Positions 1-12,831 of a stretch of DNA of 44,851 nt are shown piece by piece; position 1 is the stretch's first letter; the number at the start of each line of letters is the position of its first letter. The stretch spans positions 1 through 44,851 of the forward strand of contig CAJNYD010000249.1 of NCBI GenBank assembly GCA_905331295.1. The letters are read 5' to 3'. The notes under the pieces are model-generated. The model was not told where the DNA came from and searched no databases. It saw only the letters and a list, made by a program, of their open reading frames with translations. This DNA is from Rotaria socialis. Lineage: Eukaryota. The translations under genes and the position numbers were made by a program.

Positions 1-222
1 CAACGTGTCGCAATCCCTTTAAGCATTTATGAATGTGATCAACCCTTCAATAAACCTTCCAGAAAAAATATTTAACGATAATAAACTCCGTACTAAACCC
101 TTTTTAGAGGGTTTATAACAGTGTTTATGACTCGTTGATAAACGGTTGAAGAGGGTTTGCGGCACGTTGCACTTTCATAAACCCTTTTTTCGTTTATTAT
201 TCTACGGTTTTTTTTTACAGTG
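1..222. mobile_element. Right end of a non-autonomous CACTG-terminal (CMC/EnSpm-like) DNA transposon, truncated by the window edge
   Basis: Ends ...ttttttacagtg|ta, with AAACCC/GGGTTT subterminal motifs shared with the copies at 1098, 8171 and 20983. Confidence 0.6.
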
Positions 223-2077
223 TACTGTGTGTAAGTATATGCGAGCGAGATAGAGTGTGTGTGCATCAATAAGTAAGATAAATCTTATGCCTAAAGAAGG
301 CAACATCGTTGTCAAAATGTTACGGTAAATTAGGCTTTAACATCTGAACTTAGAAGAATTAAACTTATCGTAAAACGCAAAAGAAATATATAAATGACAT
401 CCCAAAACTAAAAAGTCAATTAAATTAATTAAAATATAGCTGGTTAGTTCCATGGGAACTCAACTACAAAAACAAGGTATCTAAATTTTTTCCCTTTTCA
501 CCTAGTTTTTTAGAGCTCGTTTCACTGATCATTTTGCTATAAAAACACATTGACAATAAAAACATTTTATAACAAAAATACTAAAATCGTTTTTTTACGA
601 AAAAAACCTTAAATTTTTCAGTATTTTGGCTCTAATGTATCTATTTTTAGACTTTTCTTTCACAAAAAGTATACCAAAGTACTCAGCTCGATTAGTTCTA
701 CACAATGGTATACTTTCTAGTTCCTTAATTGCATTTTAAATATTTTTCTTAAGTGAATACGCTCAAAACTTGGGCGCCTTTTTTTTCAAAATGGCTACGT
801 TCTGCTGGAATCTGAAATATTAGGTTTTGCAGAGCGAAACGTGCTCTACAAGACCCTATATCCCGTTTTCCAAACAGAGTGAGAAATCTTGCTTGAATAG
901 CGTCACAACATTGTGAACATTATGTATCATAGGAAAGAACAGTTATGCAATTGATGATTAGTCAATTTTGTTTTCAAGATCTTATCAGAGATTCGGCATG
1001 AGAATGGAAAGCTATCGTTTAGGAAATTATACGAAAGTAACTTAACTAAGTCACTAGTTTCTATCAAAAGCACACGCATAAATATGGTGTCACCCTACAC
1101 TGTAAAAAAAATCGCAGAATACTAAACCCTCTAACGGTTTATAATTTTGTCCGAAACTCTAAAACCGTTTATTGCCTGGAGCATTTATGAAACCAAGGGT
1201 ATTTGAAAATATAAAGGGTTTATTGCACCAGAAGTTAACGGGTAGGGTTTGTGAATCTACGATGAAGGGTTTCTTATGCAACGGTGAAGGGCTTATTATT
1301 ATACTCTTCCATTAAAGGGTTTCTTATTCTACGGTTAAGGGTTTATTATTGTACCGTTTCATAGAACAATTTTTTCCGCTAAAAGTTGAAATCAGACAGG
1401 TTTTACATATATGTATCAAAATTATGTTAATTTTTCTGGTTGATCACACTTATTCATCAAGTATTCTTGGGATTAAATTTGAAATCGTACAATAGAAACA
1501 ACCATTAATGAAAAGCAGAATAGCTTTAGTTCTCTCTATGTTGCAATAGTTTGTAGTCTCACATTAAAAGATTATCATTCTCCATTAATTAAACCAGCCT
1601 GAAACACAAAATGAAACTATGTTCTACGTAGGTGAGACTTCTATAAAAAAACACAAAAGTATTTATTCATAAATCTTGAAGAATCTCATCAGTGAGTTAA
1701 AACAGTGTATCCAACTATTACTTTTTTTGAGTGAACCGCTTTTGATTTAGCTTTTCCCAATCGATCCGATCAAATGCAAGCATTATTATTTATAGATGCT
1801 TATTGTTTTTTCAGTCGTTTGGTTGGATACAAAAGAAAATTGAAAATTGTAGGTAAGTACAATTTTTGTATTTTAATTATTGTTTTATCCATTAAGCTCT
1901 ATTAGAAATTGACCATTCTAAGTAGGTACAATGTTTTCCCTACAATTATTACTTTTAATGTTTTAGTTCAATATAGAAGTGAAGATTCTATTCAAGTAAA
2001 ATTTTTGTATCGGAATTCTTCTTTTTCTTTTCTTTTAGCCAATTTTAAATTCAAAATAGAATGTAAGTACAATTTTT

Positions 2078-4309
2078 GATTGGCATAAAAATGAGCGAAA
2101 CATCAATTAGCGAAAGATAAACTAGCAAAGAAAAGAAAGCGAAAATAGACAGCGAACAAGAAAATGACGAATGAGAATTAGCGGAAAAGAAATAGCGAAA
2201 CAAGAAATGTCGATTCTATGATAATATGAAAACAAAATTCATCGTTAACGATCAGCTAATGGACATTTTTTTTATTGTTATCAAGAAGTAGTATATATCA
2301 ATAGACAAGAAATAACAACACAAAAAATAGTGGAGAACTAATAATATGATTATTTTTAATTATTGTCTCTTTTGTTTCGCTATAGTAAGCGACAAACCAT
2401 CAAGTAACTGATCAACGTCCATTTCGTCACCATTGTATCTATCATACAATGTATCGATACGTTTTTGTATCATATTCGCTACAGGGACCTTTTTTCGCGC
2501 TTGAGCACCAGCATTCATTTGAAGAAGTAGATGACGAAATCTACATTCTTCAGTTTGCAAGAGCTTAATGAACATCCAAATATTCGGGTGTGATTTTTGA
2601 ATCCTTTGATTTAGCCTATTGTGAAAGCCTAAAATACTAGATAGAAACAACATATTGAAAAAAAATGAAACTTATATACCTTCACAATTATTGTTTGTTC
2701 TATGATGACACCCATAGACATTCCATATTTTAAGCGGAACATTAACAAGCCATTGATGATTGAAATAAAGAAACAACTGGTGCAATTCTTGGTTCACCAT
2801 AGTAGATGATTTTACACGTAGACTATGAAAAGAAGATTCAATTTTATCAATGGGAAGCTACGCTAATGCCATTAATTTACGACAACATGAACGTATTTCA
2901 CTATTTTGAAAATACAAAGTAGTTAATCCTAAAGCTTGTATACGACGAAAAATAGCTTGTGTGTAATGAAAAAAACAGCCATTGTGTACGGCTGCTGAAA
3001 ACTAAAATAAAATGAACAATTATTCAAATAATTTAAGAATGATAAAAATGAATACTTCATTAGCAATAGCTGAAATAAGACCTGACTCGAAATCACTTAA
3101 TATACGAGTTGGTTCAAATTTACGATTAATGGATATAGCAAAATCTTTTAAGATCTTGAACAATTCTTGGTAAGTGATTCTCTTTCGATCCGGAAGAATT
3201 CCAAATACACATGGAAAACCTACGTAGAAAAAACACTGAAATGTATATATTAAACAAAAAAACATTATGTCACTCGTTTCAAACTTCAGCGCATGTATGG
3301 TGAAGACTTGATCGAAAAATGGTGGCGTACATGAAAATGCTCCATCCATAAAAATAGTTGTACAATCGAACAACATTTCCAATTGAGTAATGCTTCCAAA
3401 CAATAACATTCTTTTTCTGCGACCAACTAATGTATCAGAAAATAAAAAGATTTCTTTTGTCAATGTAACTTGATAAGAATCAGGAATTTCAAATGATGAT
3501 GAAGAAGGTAAAACAGGTCTTAATTGACGTCGTGCATATAATAAACCGGGCTCTAAAAATCGGCAAACTAAATGCAATGAAAAACACATAATGAAGCATA
3601 GAAACGTACGTAATTCTTGAACTAGCGGTAGTGTTGCTAATGTTCTTGTTGAAAGACGAGATTTTATTATTTCTTCTTCATATATTTTTGCAATGGCTGT
3701 TGTTTCTTGTACAGCTCGATTCTTCAGCTTACTTCGAAATTGTTTTACTTTTACAACTTCTGGTTCACATAAATGATTATGATCACCACTTGACTTTTTG
3801 AAAATATTATCAATATTTGTATCTACATAAGCTGTACGTACACTCTCTTGGCAAATCCAATATTTTTTATCTTTTGTTTGTTTTTTTAATCGATACACGA
3901 AATCATTCAACACCAACAAAACTTTACCTTTACTTGATACAAGAAAAGACAAACTGTTAGCAGTGGACGTCATAAATATAGATACTACAAATAGGTTACG
4001 ATATGCAATGGGAAGATAACGCAAGACTTCGTATTTATATATTTATTTAGCGTTCTTCACTTTATTTTCATCTAGAAATTTGTTACTGTTTTCGTTCGCT
4101 CTGCAAAACGACAATATATTAGCCACTAAACGCACATTAGGTATATTGCACTAGAATCACTGTTATTTAAGGACATCTAGAATATTTCGACATTCTTATA
4201 TGATCGACATTTTATTTTTCGCTGTTTTCTTTTCGCCGTCTGCTTTACGTTCCTTCTCACATCGACTTATTCTCTTCCTCTGTCATTTTCGCTCATTTTT
4301 ATTCATACC
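2078..4309 (-). mobile_element. MULE (Mutator-like) DNA transposon
   Basis: Imperfect TIRs share ataaaaatgagcgaaa, with subterminal agcgaaa repeats. Near-perfect 8-bp TSD caattttt (2070-2077) / cgattttt (4310-4317). Encodes a MULE transposase. Confidence 0.8.
2360..3973 (-). pseudogene. Spliced FLYWCH + MULE DDE transposase with an in-frame stop
   Basis: FLYWCH-like N-terminus (SSKGKVLLVLNDFVY..YWIC..HNH). MULE motifs FMDG, SDFE, GCFFHYTQA and RTNNNCE|GFHNRLN across short introns. TAG in MALA*LP near 2860. Confidence 0.85.
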
Positions 4310-4394
4310 CGATTTTTCACTGAAAAATGATTATTTTTATGGCTTTAGCTAAAAATTCGACATTGCAATCACGAGTATGTGTAATTTTCAATAA

Positions 4395-5082
4395 GGCTCC
4401 CCCACTCAAAAAAAGTCAATTTTCTTTGGAAAATCGAAAATTGAGATTTCTGCTTTAGGAATATTTAAATGGGCTGAAATTAGAAGGATGTGTTGGGGTT
4501 ATAGTGAAGAGACTGTGATAAAATTTTCAGTCCCAAATCGATAGGTTTAAGGGAGATGTGGACCAAACAATGGTTAAAAATAACTGATTTTGGCATTCTA
4601 AACCTCTCCTTCCCGATCCATTCAATGTATTAACATTTTTTGTTTATTTGAAAGAGCATCTCGAGGCGGAGGGCTTGACATTGCCATTTTTTAAAATTAG
4701 CCCTTAGCTTGGTCAATATACAGCCAGTTATATGATTTTTCTACCATTTTTTGGCACTTTTTTGAGTCGTTGAACTTGCGATTGATTTTTTTCACTTAAA
4801 AATGGGCTATTTAAAAAAAAAGAACAACGTCATGCCCTGCGTCTTGAGATGCTCTTTCCAACCAAAAAAATAATATATTGAACGAACCAGCACCGAGCAG
4901 TTTGGGATGCGAAATTAGTCATTTTTTATCCTTGTTTGACTCATGTCTCCTTGAAACCTAAAGATTTCTGGTTGAAATTTTTATGGTAGCCTTCCCTTTC
5001 TAGCGCCAATACATCCTGAAAGTTTCAGCTCATTTGGATATTCCTGGGCTAAAATCGATTTTTGAGTGGGAGGGGGGGGGGG
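4395..5082. mobile_element. Palindromic MITE (~690 bp)
   Basis: ccccactcaaaaa / tttttgagtggga termini and long imperfect internal inverted symmetry (4440-4700 vs 4800-5070); ataa/ttaa flanks. Confidence 0.6.
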
Positions 5083-6703
5083 TTAAACAATTATTATTTT
5101 CATTCTTTTACTTTAGCACCAACTTCAAAATCAAACGTAAGTATAATTTTTAATTAAACATTTCTTATTGTTATCCTTTTAGTCTAAAAACAAATTCAAA
5201 ATCGAAGGTAAGTAAGTTATATCTTTTCTTTAAATAATTATTATTTTTATTCTTTTACTTCAAAATTCGAAATTGTAATCACAAGTATGATTTTTCTTAA
5301 ACAATTCTTATTTTTATATTTTTAGTCAAAAAGCAGATTCAAAATCATAGGTAATTATCTTTTTTAGAAAAATAATGTTTTTAATTTTTCTTCAATAGAT
5401 TTAATTCACTGGCTCATCAGATTGAACAAGATTCTTGGCTAAAAGTAAGTTTCCCCGAAACCCGTTAGAAGGGTATTTGAAAGGGTTTAGTAAAACTCTA
5501 AACCCTTCTATATACACATCTATAAACTCTTTTGAAGGGTTTATTGATTCCCGAAACGGTTTCATAAACGCTTCTAATGGTTTATGATAGGGTTTATTAC
5601 TTTCCTAAACTCTATCTTAAATCCTTTGGAGGGGTTTAGGAATGTTTCATGTACGGTAAAAAGGGTTTGTGGTACGTTGCACTTCAATAAATCCTTTTAG
5701 GGCTTATTATTCTACATTTTTTTAACTGTGTATGGTGTTCTAAATCTTCACCAGTTACGGGATGAAAGTTAAATTCCATCTTTGTACGAATTTGCCAAAA
5801 AAGTTTAATGTTAATANCGCGCGCGGAGGGGGCGCCCGCTCGCGACTCCTCACTTTCTTTTTCGTTCCATTCCTTCTTACATTGTTTATGCATGCTTGTA
5901 TTCTTTCGTGTTCTTCTGGGACGAGGGTAATAAGATATGTTACATGCCTGTTTGTTTTCTGTTCGTTCAGCTTCTCTCCCCGTTTGTGCGCACGGGCTCG
6001 ATCAACTACGAAAAATGGTTCTCGTGTCCTTTTTTTGGTGAATAAAGCTCACAGAACATAGACACCAGCATAGCTAACTGGTGGTAGAAAGATAAATAAA
6101 TACGTGTATTCAGAATTTAACAAAAACTGCAATGAAAACTGTGTGCATTTCGATTTTTCTTTTGAAGAAAAATGATTTGTTCTTATCTTTTGACTTTGTA
6201 AAAATTGTGAAGGTCTACCAATCATCATTATTAATTTACGGTTTATTAAATCGCTTATCATAAGAACGAAAATATAATTGCACGCAAATTATAGCTGTAA
6301 ATTTCTGACTGAAATTGTATACTGACTATGTTATTTTGATTCATAACATTTTCTATGTGATTGTGCATGATTAAGATGCGTAGCAAAAAAAAGCTGTGTT
6401 GTATTACATCCATAGAAAAACATAGAATTGATTGGTCCTGTTAATCAGTTATGTGCTTATTAGTATGGTGACCAATCATACCCATCAAAAATTAAAAAGT
6501 GTCAAGGGTGTGCAGGTGTGGAATGTTATATAAATATTACATTTTTACTTTTATAGAATCAAAAAAATAATAAGCGAGCATACTTGACTGTGTAGTGTAA
6601 ACCGAATAATATATAAACGTTAGTTTTCTCTCTGCTTTTATTCATAGAGATATTTACCGTCAGTTTTATTAACATTAAACTTTTTTGGCAAATTCGTACA
6701 AAG

Positions 6704-7135
6704 ATGGAATTTAACTTTCATCCCGTAACTGGTGAAGATTTAGAACTTTATAGAGAAGTAAGTCATATTTTATTTCTTCTATTTTTACTTAAGCGTATAG
6801 CCTTTCTTCCTTGATTACAGAATGCTCACGGTATTGAACAAAACGTACGTGAAACATTTCCATCGATTCCAGCTGATTTCCAATTAAAACCAGTGACACT
6901 TCGTAAGATGGAGGCATGTGCTATGATATACGATTTTATGGTAAGTCAAATAAATATATTCTGAAGAGTAACAATATTATTTTTTATTTTCAATATTCAG
7001 ATTGGCTTACCCGATGGTACATTTGCGAAGGTTACATTTAGTGTCGGTGGTCTTCCATCAGGATCAGGTGTCGTTGAAGAACAGATCTATCGTGTTGATG
7101 AAACTGCACATGCCACTGCGTATCCAACCCATTAA
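6704..7135 (+). CDS. Three-exon gene for a 102-aa uncharacterised protein (exons 6704-6757, 6821-6940, 7001-7135)
   Basis: Canonical GTAAGT...CAG introns give MEFNFHPVTGEDLELYRE|NAHGIEQNVRETFPSIPADFQLKPVTLRKMEACAMIYDFM|IGLPDGTFAKVTFSVGG...AYPTH*. AATAAA near 7255. Not in the ORF track. Confidence 0.75.
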
Positions 7136-7631
7136 TGTCCTGTATTGAAGAGTTCATTTTCTGAAATTTCCTAAACTACAAAACAGTCTTTATTATTAAT
7201 TACATTTTCTTATCATTTAAAATTTTTTTTTCACATTACCAGAATTATTGATCGAATAAAACAGTATAGATATAGAAGCTTTGTGTTTAACAATTATTAG
7301 ATATTAGTTCTATTCACTCCAACGTTTTATTGAAGAAAATGTGAAGAATGAGAAAAATAAAGTAACTTTACGATGTTTGGAAGTAATCTAAGTAGTAATA
7401 AAGCTATTGATGGAGTTGATCATGATGGGTGTGTGTGTGTGGATTGGGGTAGGTGTTTATGTGAGATGAATCCACGCATCCATATTTATACCCAAATTTT
7501 GTGATATCACAATGTAGCAAGCATATCACTTTAGTAGAAGTATGCTCCAGATAAACATTTAACTGTAATAAAAGAAAACGATCATAAGTAATAGAATAAA
7601 AACAGATCAATATTTTCGTTTTTTTTGAAAT

Positions 7632-7920
7632 AAAGGAGGGGGCGCATAAGAAGCCAAATCGGCCCATTTAATTTTTGTCCTTGAAGATATTGAAAAAATA
7701 CACGAAACTACCAAAACGAATGCGCCGATTATTTCTACTTAGAAAATAAAGGGTTTTATAAACATTCTATAGATCAAATATACAGCGTGACTTAGTAGGG
7801 CACTTATATAGAGAAATTGCCTACTATCCCTAAAAAAAATAGTTTTCTAAAACTTGAAAAACTATCTCAATCGATAGAGCTCGAAAAGCTCTACAAATTG
7901 GTACTATTTTCAGGTTGAAG
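7632..7920. mobile_element. Terminal fragment of the TIR element family also found at 21644-24055
   Basis: aaggaggggcgcataagaagccaaatcggcccattt... resembles the terminus at 21644 over several hundred bp. Confidence 0.55.
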
Positions 7921-8170
7921 ATACATGATATTTATATACTTTTTCGGCAAGTTCGCTGGGACTCCGAATTATTAATTGTTAAAGATCAAAGTGGCAGCAG
8001 TCTTGACGCTGGGCTGCCTGAACAATGCAGAGAGTCGTGTTAATTTAGTAAACGGTTGCATGAAAATACAAATACGTGAAGTTATCTTCAAACTTATTTT
8101 CATCAGGATAGATCATCTTCGCTGTTGTTCGTATCTGAGTAATTGAGAGCGGAAGCATTGTTGTCGTCTG

Positions 8171-10189
8171 CACTGTAACAGAAAAAAGGTAGAATAATAA
8201 ACCCTTTAAGGGTTTATGAGAGGGCATTTGATTTTTATATACGCTTTCATAAACCCTTCCAAAGAGTTTATTACTTTTGTCCCATACCCCAAAAGGGTTT
8301 ATTACTTATATCTACCAGATTAAAATTAAGGTTTTGGAACTTACTGCGTTGTCCTAGGTTCGATCATGAGATGAATTGGTTGATAGTCCAAGATGTTATC
8401 CATTCGGTCAGTCGTATGATATCAAGATGAAGTAAGAAATGCTACTTAAATCAAACAAAATTTTATAGGAAACTGAAGATGATATAAAGTTAAGCGGAAC
8501 AATTGTTATTACATTTTTAATTTTCATGAAAAAAATTCAAATATTTTGTATTTAAAAAATTATTTCTTTGGAAATAAAAATTATTTTTTTAAATATTTAA
8601 GTAAATTAGGAAAGATTTGTTTTAGAAATATATTTCCTCAAAAAGAATTTTAAAAAGATTTAAAAACGTTTTGCTCCATTTTTTCAAAAATTTTCTAACA
8701 TATTTCTTATTTTTCTAGAAATCTATAACGTATATATTTCTAGTACTTTTATAAAATTATTGATCAATTTTTTAAATCTTTATAAGTAAATGTGTTAAAA
8801 ATAGCACATATTTATCTGGAGAGGTGTACAGGGTGTGGGTCGTAAGAAATTCTATTAGGAGATGTCGATGCAAAATGCATGAAATCATAAATACGGCGTT
8901 TTTAAGAAATTTAAGATGTTTTAACGTCTTACAACATGAAAGCGTCAAAATATGTATTCGCTGTAACGCTTTTTTTTAAGGTGCTTGTCTGACTGGGTTG
9001 TCCCATATGTCAGAAATCGATCTTCATAGCTCTTTCCCATGTATAGTTTCGACTAATCTAAATGGAAAAAAAAGAAATAGCTATTTATAAAATATTTTTA
9101 TACTTACATTATATGTTTGATATTGAACTAAAGGTAGAAAAATATAAGATTTATAAAGACATGTGAAACGATATATTCACTTTGAATACATTGTATCAAT
9201 GGACCGGAAAAAAAAAAAAATAATCAGAGAGAAAGTTTTAATACTTCCGTTTTCATTTTGCATTTTTAGTGGACGTAAAGAAAAGATATAAATATATAAG
9301 TAAATCACCCCTATTTTCCATTAGCTGTGGCGACTGACCTAAATTAAAGACAACCTGAAATTATTTTTGAAATGTTATTACTTGCATTATGTTGAGCTTA
9401 TTTTCAACCAAGTAAAGGAAGAACATAAATATATTGAAGTATAATGCCTACTTTAATTTGTTCTCTTGGATGGATATAAAAACAAACTTTTTTCCGAATA
9501 CCACTGTGAGTTTGGAATAAATCCGCAATCACCATATTATCTTTCCGTTTGATTTAACTCAAATTTTTGTATGAAGTTGCTCACGTGAAGCCGTCTGATT
9601 TTGATTTTTAAACAATGTGCGGATTGAAGTTTGGCTCGAAATGATTCAAAATTGATTAGCGAAATTAGCGCCTCTATGCCATACCGTTATGTTTTACGAA
9701 ACAGGTACGAAATGGAAAGTGCATCGATGCATGAATGGCTGCATTGTGAGAAAATGATTGGATTAGCATGCTTATTATATTAAATTGTTTGAAGTGCCCT
9801 GTGAGAAATTTTCATGATATATATATCAGTTGAAAAAGTGTAATCTTTTGAACGAAGAATAAAAAACCCTCTTGACGATGGAGTAGAACAATAAATCCTT
9901 CAACGTAGAATAAAATACCCTTTTAAGGAAGTAATAAACCCTTTTATTAAAACCGTAGAATAAAATACCCTTAGTACGAAAGTAATAAACCCTTTTCTCG
10001 AAACCGCATATTAAAATACCCTTGGAGATACAATCATATACCCTTCTCCCTAAATTTCAGATTAATAAATCATTTTTTTTCTTCTATCATTTTTTTTTCA
10101 TATACCCTTCGTTTCATAAACCCTTTAAGGGTTTATGAATATTTATAGATAGGGCAAGCGTTTATTAGTCTACGCTTTTTTTTACAGTG
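8171..10189. mobile_element. Non-autonomous CACTG-terminal (EnSpm-like) element
   Basis: cactgtaacagaaaaaaggtagaataataaaccc at the left and ttttttttacagtg at the right; ~30-bp subterminal tandem units at 9850-10140. Confidence 0.6.
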
Positions 10190-10274
10190 CACCCACATCC
10201 TATTAAGGCAAGTTTTTATTTCCAACTTTTTATAAACGAATTCATTCGATATTCGACATGCAAAGAATGCACGA

Positions 10275-11514
10275 TCACACTGTGCTCAAATAATTATTAA
10301 CTGCTTTCGCCCAGATCGCATAGCCTTTTGCATTCATATGTAACGTGTCGGATCCGAATAATTCCCGCCGTGGTTGCCCGTCTGTCGTTAGCATCTGTGG
10401 CCAAATATTAATGAAAGTAACATCTGGAAAGAGCAGTTTGATATCGCCTTGAATACGAATGTTCGTTTCGTTCAATTTCGATATCTTATCGATCCGATAC
10501 GGACTCGGTTTCACTGAAATGTAACCGATAGGTATATTTGGATAGAAACGACGGATGGCTGGAATGAGCCGACGAAAAGCAGATTGTATATTCGAGGGTG
10601 AATTACCAGCAGCAATATCGTTTTCGCCGGCATAGAGAATAATCACACTTGGCTCCAGTGGATAAACGATCCGTTTCCATTCTCTCAAACACTGTGTTAA
10701 TGCTGAACCTCCGAAACCTCGATTCAAGACAGTGTAATAGGGAAAATCCGATGATAAATTTGACCATAGACGAATCGATGAACTGCCATAGAAAACGATG
10801 CCTCTTCGTTTTGCCAAAGGTAGCTGGCGATCTAATGCAAGTATCTGATTTTTTTCAAATGACGTATCCGAGAGAACGAGATTTGTATCTTCATCATCGA
10901 TGAAGTGGCATGTCGAAGGATTGCGCGTGTATCGGATAGCAGTGGATGTAGTATCTAATTCGAAAGTGCGTGTACAGGTACCATTCGACTGACGTCCCGA
11001 TGCGACATCTCCATTGGACATTTGACGGTACCAGAAACACGAAGCTTTATTGACATATTCTGGAGGACCTGATCAATATGCAAAAGTTTGATTTCGAGTT
11101 TAGACTTGTATTTCACACTTACCTTGCGTCGTGTTTGTGTAGACTTGATAGATTCCATCGGTCTCATCAGTATTGTCGATCGTCAGAAAATGAGTCACCT
11201 AAAAAGATCGAGCGAGATTATTGAGAGAATGGTTGGCATATTTACCTGAGTGAATGCCAGATTATCGAGAAAATTGTGAGTGATGGTTCCATTGTTGTAA
11301 AAGAATGCTTGTCCAATTTGTGTATAGGTTTGAGAGGATTCAGTATACTGAGCAACGCACCATAACCCACGCATCCACATGGGTGTAGGTGTAAAAGCCG
11401 CTAGAAGTAGATGAAGACGAATACATCCATTGTACATGAATATCAATCAATGCGACCAACTACTAACAAGTGATGCACAGCTACTGCCAAGCGATGCAAG
11501 TGTTCACCTGACAT
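10275..11514 (-). CDS. SGNH/GDSL-family hydrolase with an intron-containing N-terminal extension; catalytic domain of bacterial type
   Basis: Blocks FYGSSS, NRGFGGS, YAGEND and DTLH. Upstream exons (AFTPTPMW...FTQ|VTHFLT...TTQG|PPEYVNK...) splice in frame via GT-AG introns. Start codon uncertain (11514 or 11544). Confidence 0.85.
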
Positions 11515-12741
11515 ACCGATGAAAACACTATCCAAATATTTCATAGAACTCTTAACTTTTCAGAAAAAAATTCACAGCTATAGGCTCAACTTGAGGGTCA
11601 ATTCGCTATCATTGGGGGCATTGAAGATGATTGCACCATGTCCTGTTTTTGAGCAACCTTCGCGGCACCGACGCTTACTGCTGCACTCTTGTGAGAGTTT
11701 TCCCATCCTTTGTGATGCCCACACCCTCATGCTATACCTTCCATATCTCCTATATCTGTAACATTTTCAGAAATTCAAAAAAGGCATCATATGTAAACAC
11801 TATATATCAGATGACACAACAAAGCAAAAATTCAAGAATGGGCCGATTCCACTTCTTTTGCGTGCCCCTTGTTTCATGACGAAAACTCTAGGAGGACGGT
11901 TTTTTGCCCTTTTAACACCCTGAGTACAATATCGATTCTGGAGAATGTTTTCTTACTTGTGCTCGGTAGATTTGAGCAGACGATCAACAGGAGCAGCATC
12001 ACTCTGAACATTCTTGATTTTCTCTGCAATACGATGAACATCCGCAAATCTTAATATGTTGACTACAAATGTATCCACTTACCTTTTCCGACGAATATAA
12101 AAAATACTTTCTTTTCAAACTAAAGAATGCCCAAATTTGCACATGATTTTATACCTCAATTTCTTCTCCTACGTTTGTTTGAAGAAGGATGATTGCTTAA
12201 GAGATAGTTTTACAGTCAATAAAATGAGTAGATACATAGCAGGTGTTCTTTTAGATTAAAAAAATGAGGTATTAACAATCAATTTATAGAAAATATCGAG
12301 ATGTTTTGACTGAATATTGCATTGCGTATTGATTTCAATGTGATTTTTAAATACGAAGTACATTTGAATTAGTTGGGGTCAGATGAACGGTGGTGTTGTA
12401 CGCGAATGAAGAGGTATATCTCTCAATCGAACGATAACTAAACACTGCACTGAGACACCATAGGTCAAAGAAGAGCAGCACCATATTGTTTCAACTGTAG
12501 GATGAACCATTCGAATATTTGCCAAAGATGTTTTGTTGTTTTTTAGACTTCTTATGCAATAGTAAAGCTGGTAGAAAGTATTGAAAATCTCAGTGGCAAT
12601 ATTCAAGATTCATGCGAAACAAGATCTGCGGCTTTCATTCTAGTTGTGTTGAATGAAAAAAGCTTTCGTGATTTTAACAGAAATATTAAAAAGTAATTAA
12701 AGCTAAGGGCGCGACATATCTTCCCATCGAACACTAAACTA

Positions 12742-12777
12742 GGGTGAGGGTGTGGGTGTGGGTGGGTGTGGGTGTGT
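12742..12777 (+). repeat. Interstitial telomeric repeats (TGAGGG/TGTGGG) at the 3' junction of the Athena element
   Basis: gggtgagggtgtgggtgtgggtgggtgtgggtgtgt; TGTGGG/TGAGGG are the described bdelloid telomeric repeats. Confidence 0.85.
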
Positions 12778-12787
12778 TTTATAGCAT

Positions 12788-12831
12788 ACTACGACGCGTT
12801 TCGACCTTGCTTAAGGATCTCATCAGGTAGT
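12788..12831 (-). ncRNA. Minimal type I hammerhead ribozyme at the retroelement 3' end
   Basis: Minus strand reads actac CTGATGA gatcctt-aagc-aaggtc GAAA cgcGTC gtagt: conserved core, stem I actac/gtagt, stem II, palindromic short stem III and a GUC cleavage triplet. Confidence 0.9.

Larger units (their letters stand above)
1098..5730. mobile_element. Non-autonomous CACTG-terminal (EnSpm-like) element hosting a nested MULE and a MITE
   Basis: ta|cactgtaaaaaaaa at the left end and tttttttaactgtg|ta at the right (imperfect). TA flanks; dense GGGTTTAT/AAACCC subterminal repeats at 1100-1350 and 5450-5730. Confidence 0.6.

Noticed and set aside
5738..5817. Inverted ~80-bp copy of 6667-6746 (start of the small gene)
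   Set aside because: Ends exactly at an N gap; most likely an assembly or amplification chimera rather than a natural antisense element.
9850..10140. Regularly spaced ~30-bp repeats superficially like a CRISPR array
   Set aside because: Subterminal repeats of an EnSpm-like element in eukaryotic DNA; no unique spacers or cas genes.
11360..11395. cccacgcatccacatgggtgtaggtgt resembling a telomeric hairpin
   Set aside because: Lies in the SGNH coding exon (TPTPMWMRG) and has the opposite orientation to the real patches.
7632..11870. Possible Pack-type element capturing the SGNH gene between related termini at 7632 and 11870
   Set aside because: Similarity is limited to ~45 terminal bp, inner sequences differ and no TSD is seen; probably independent subfamily fragments.
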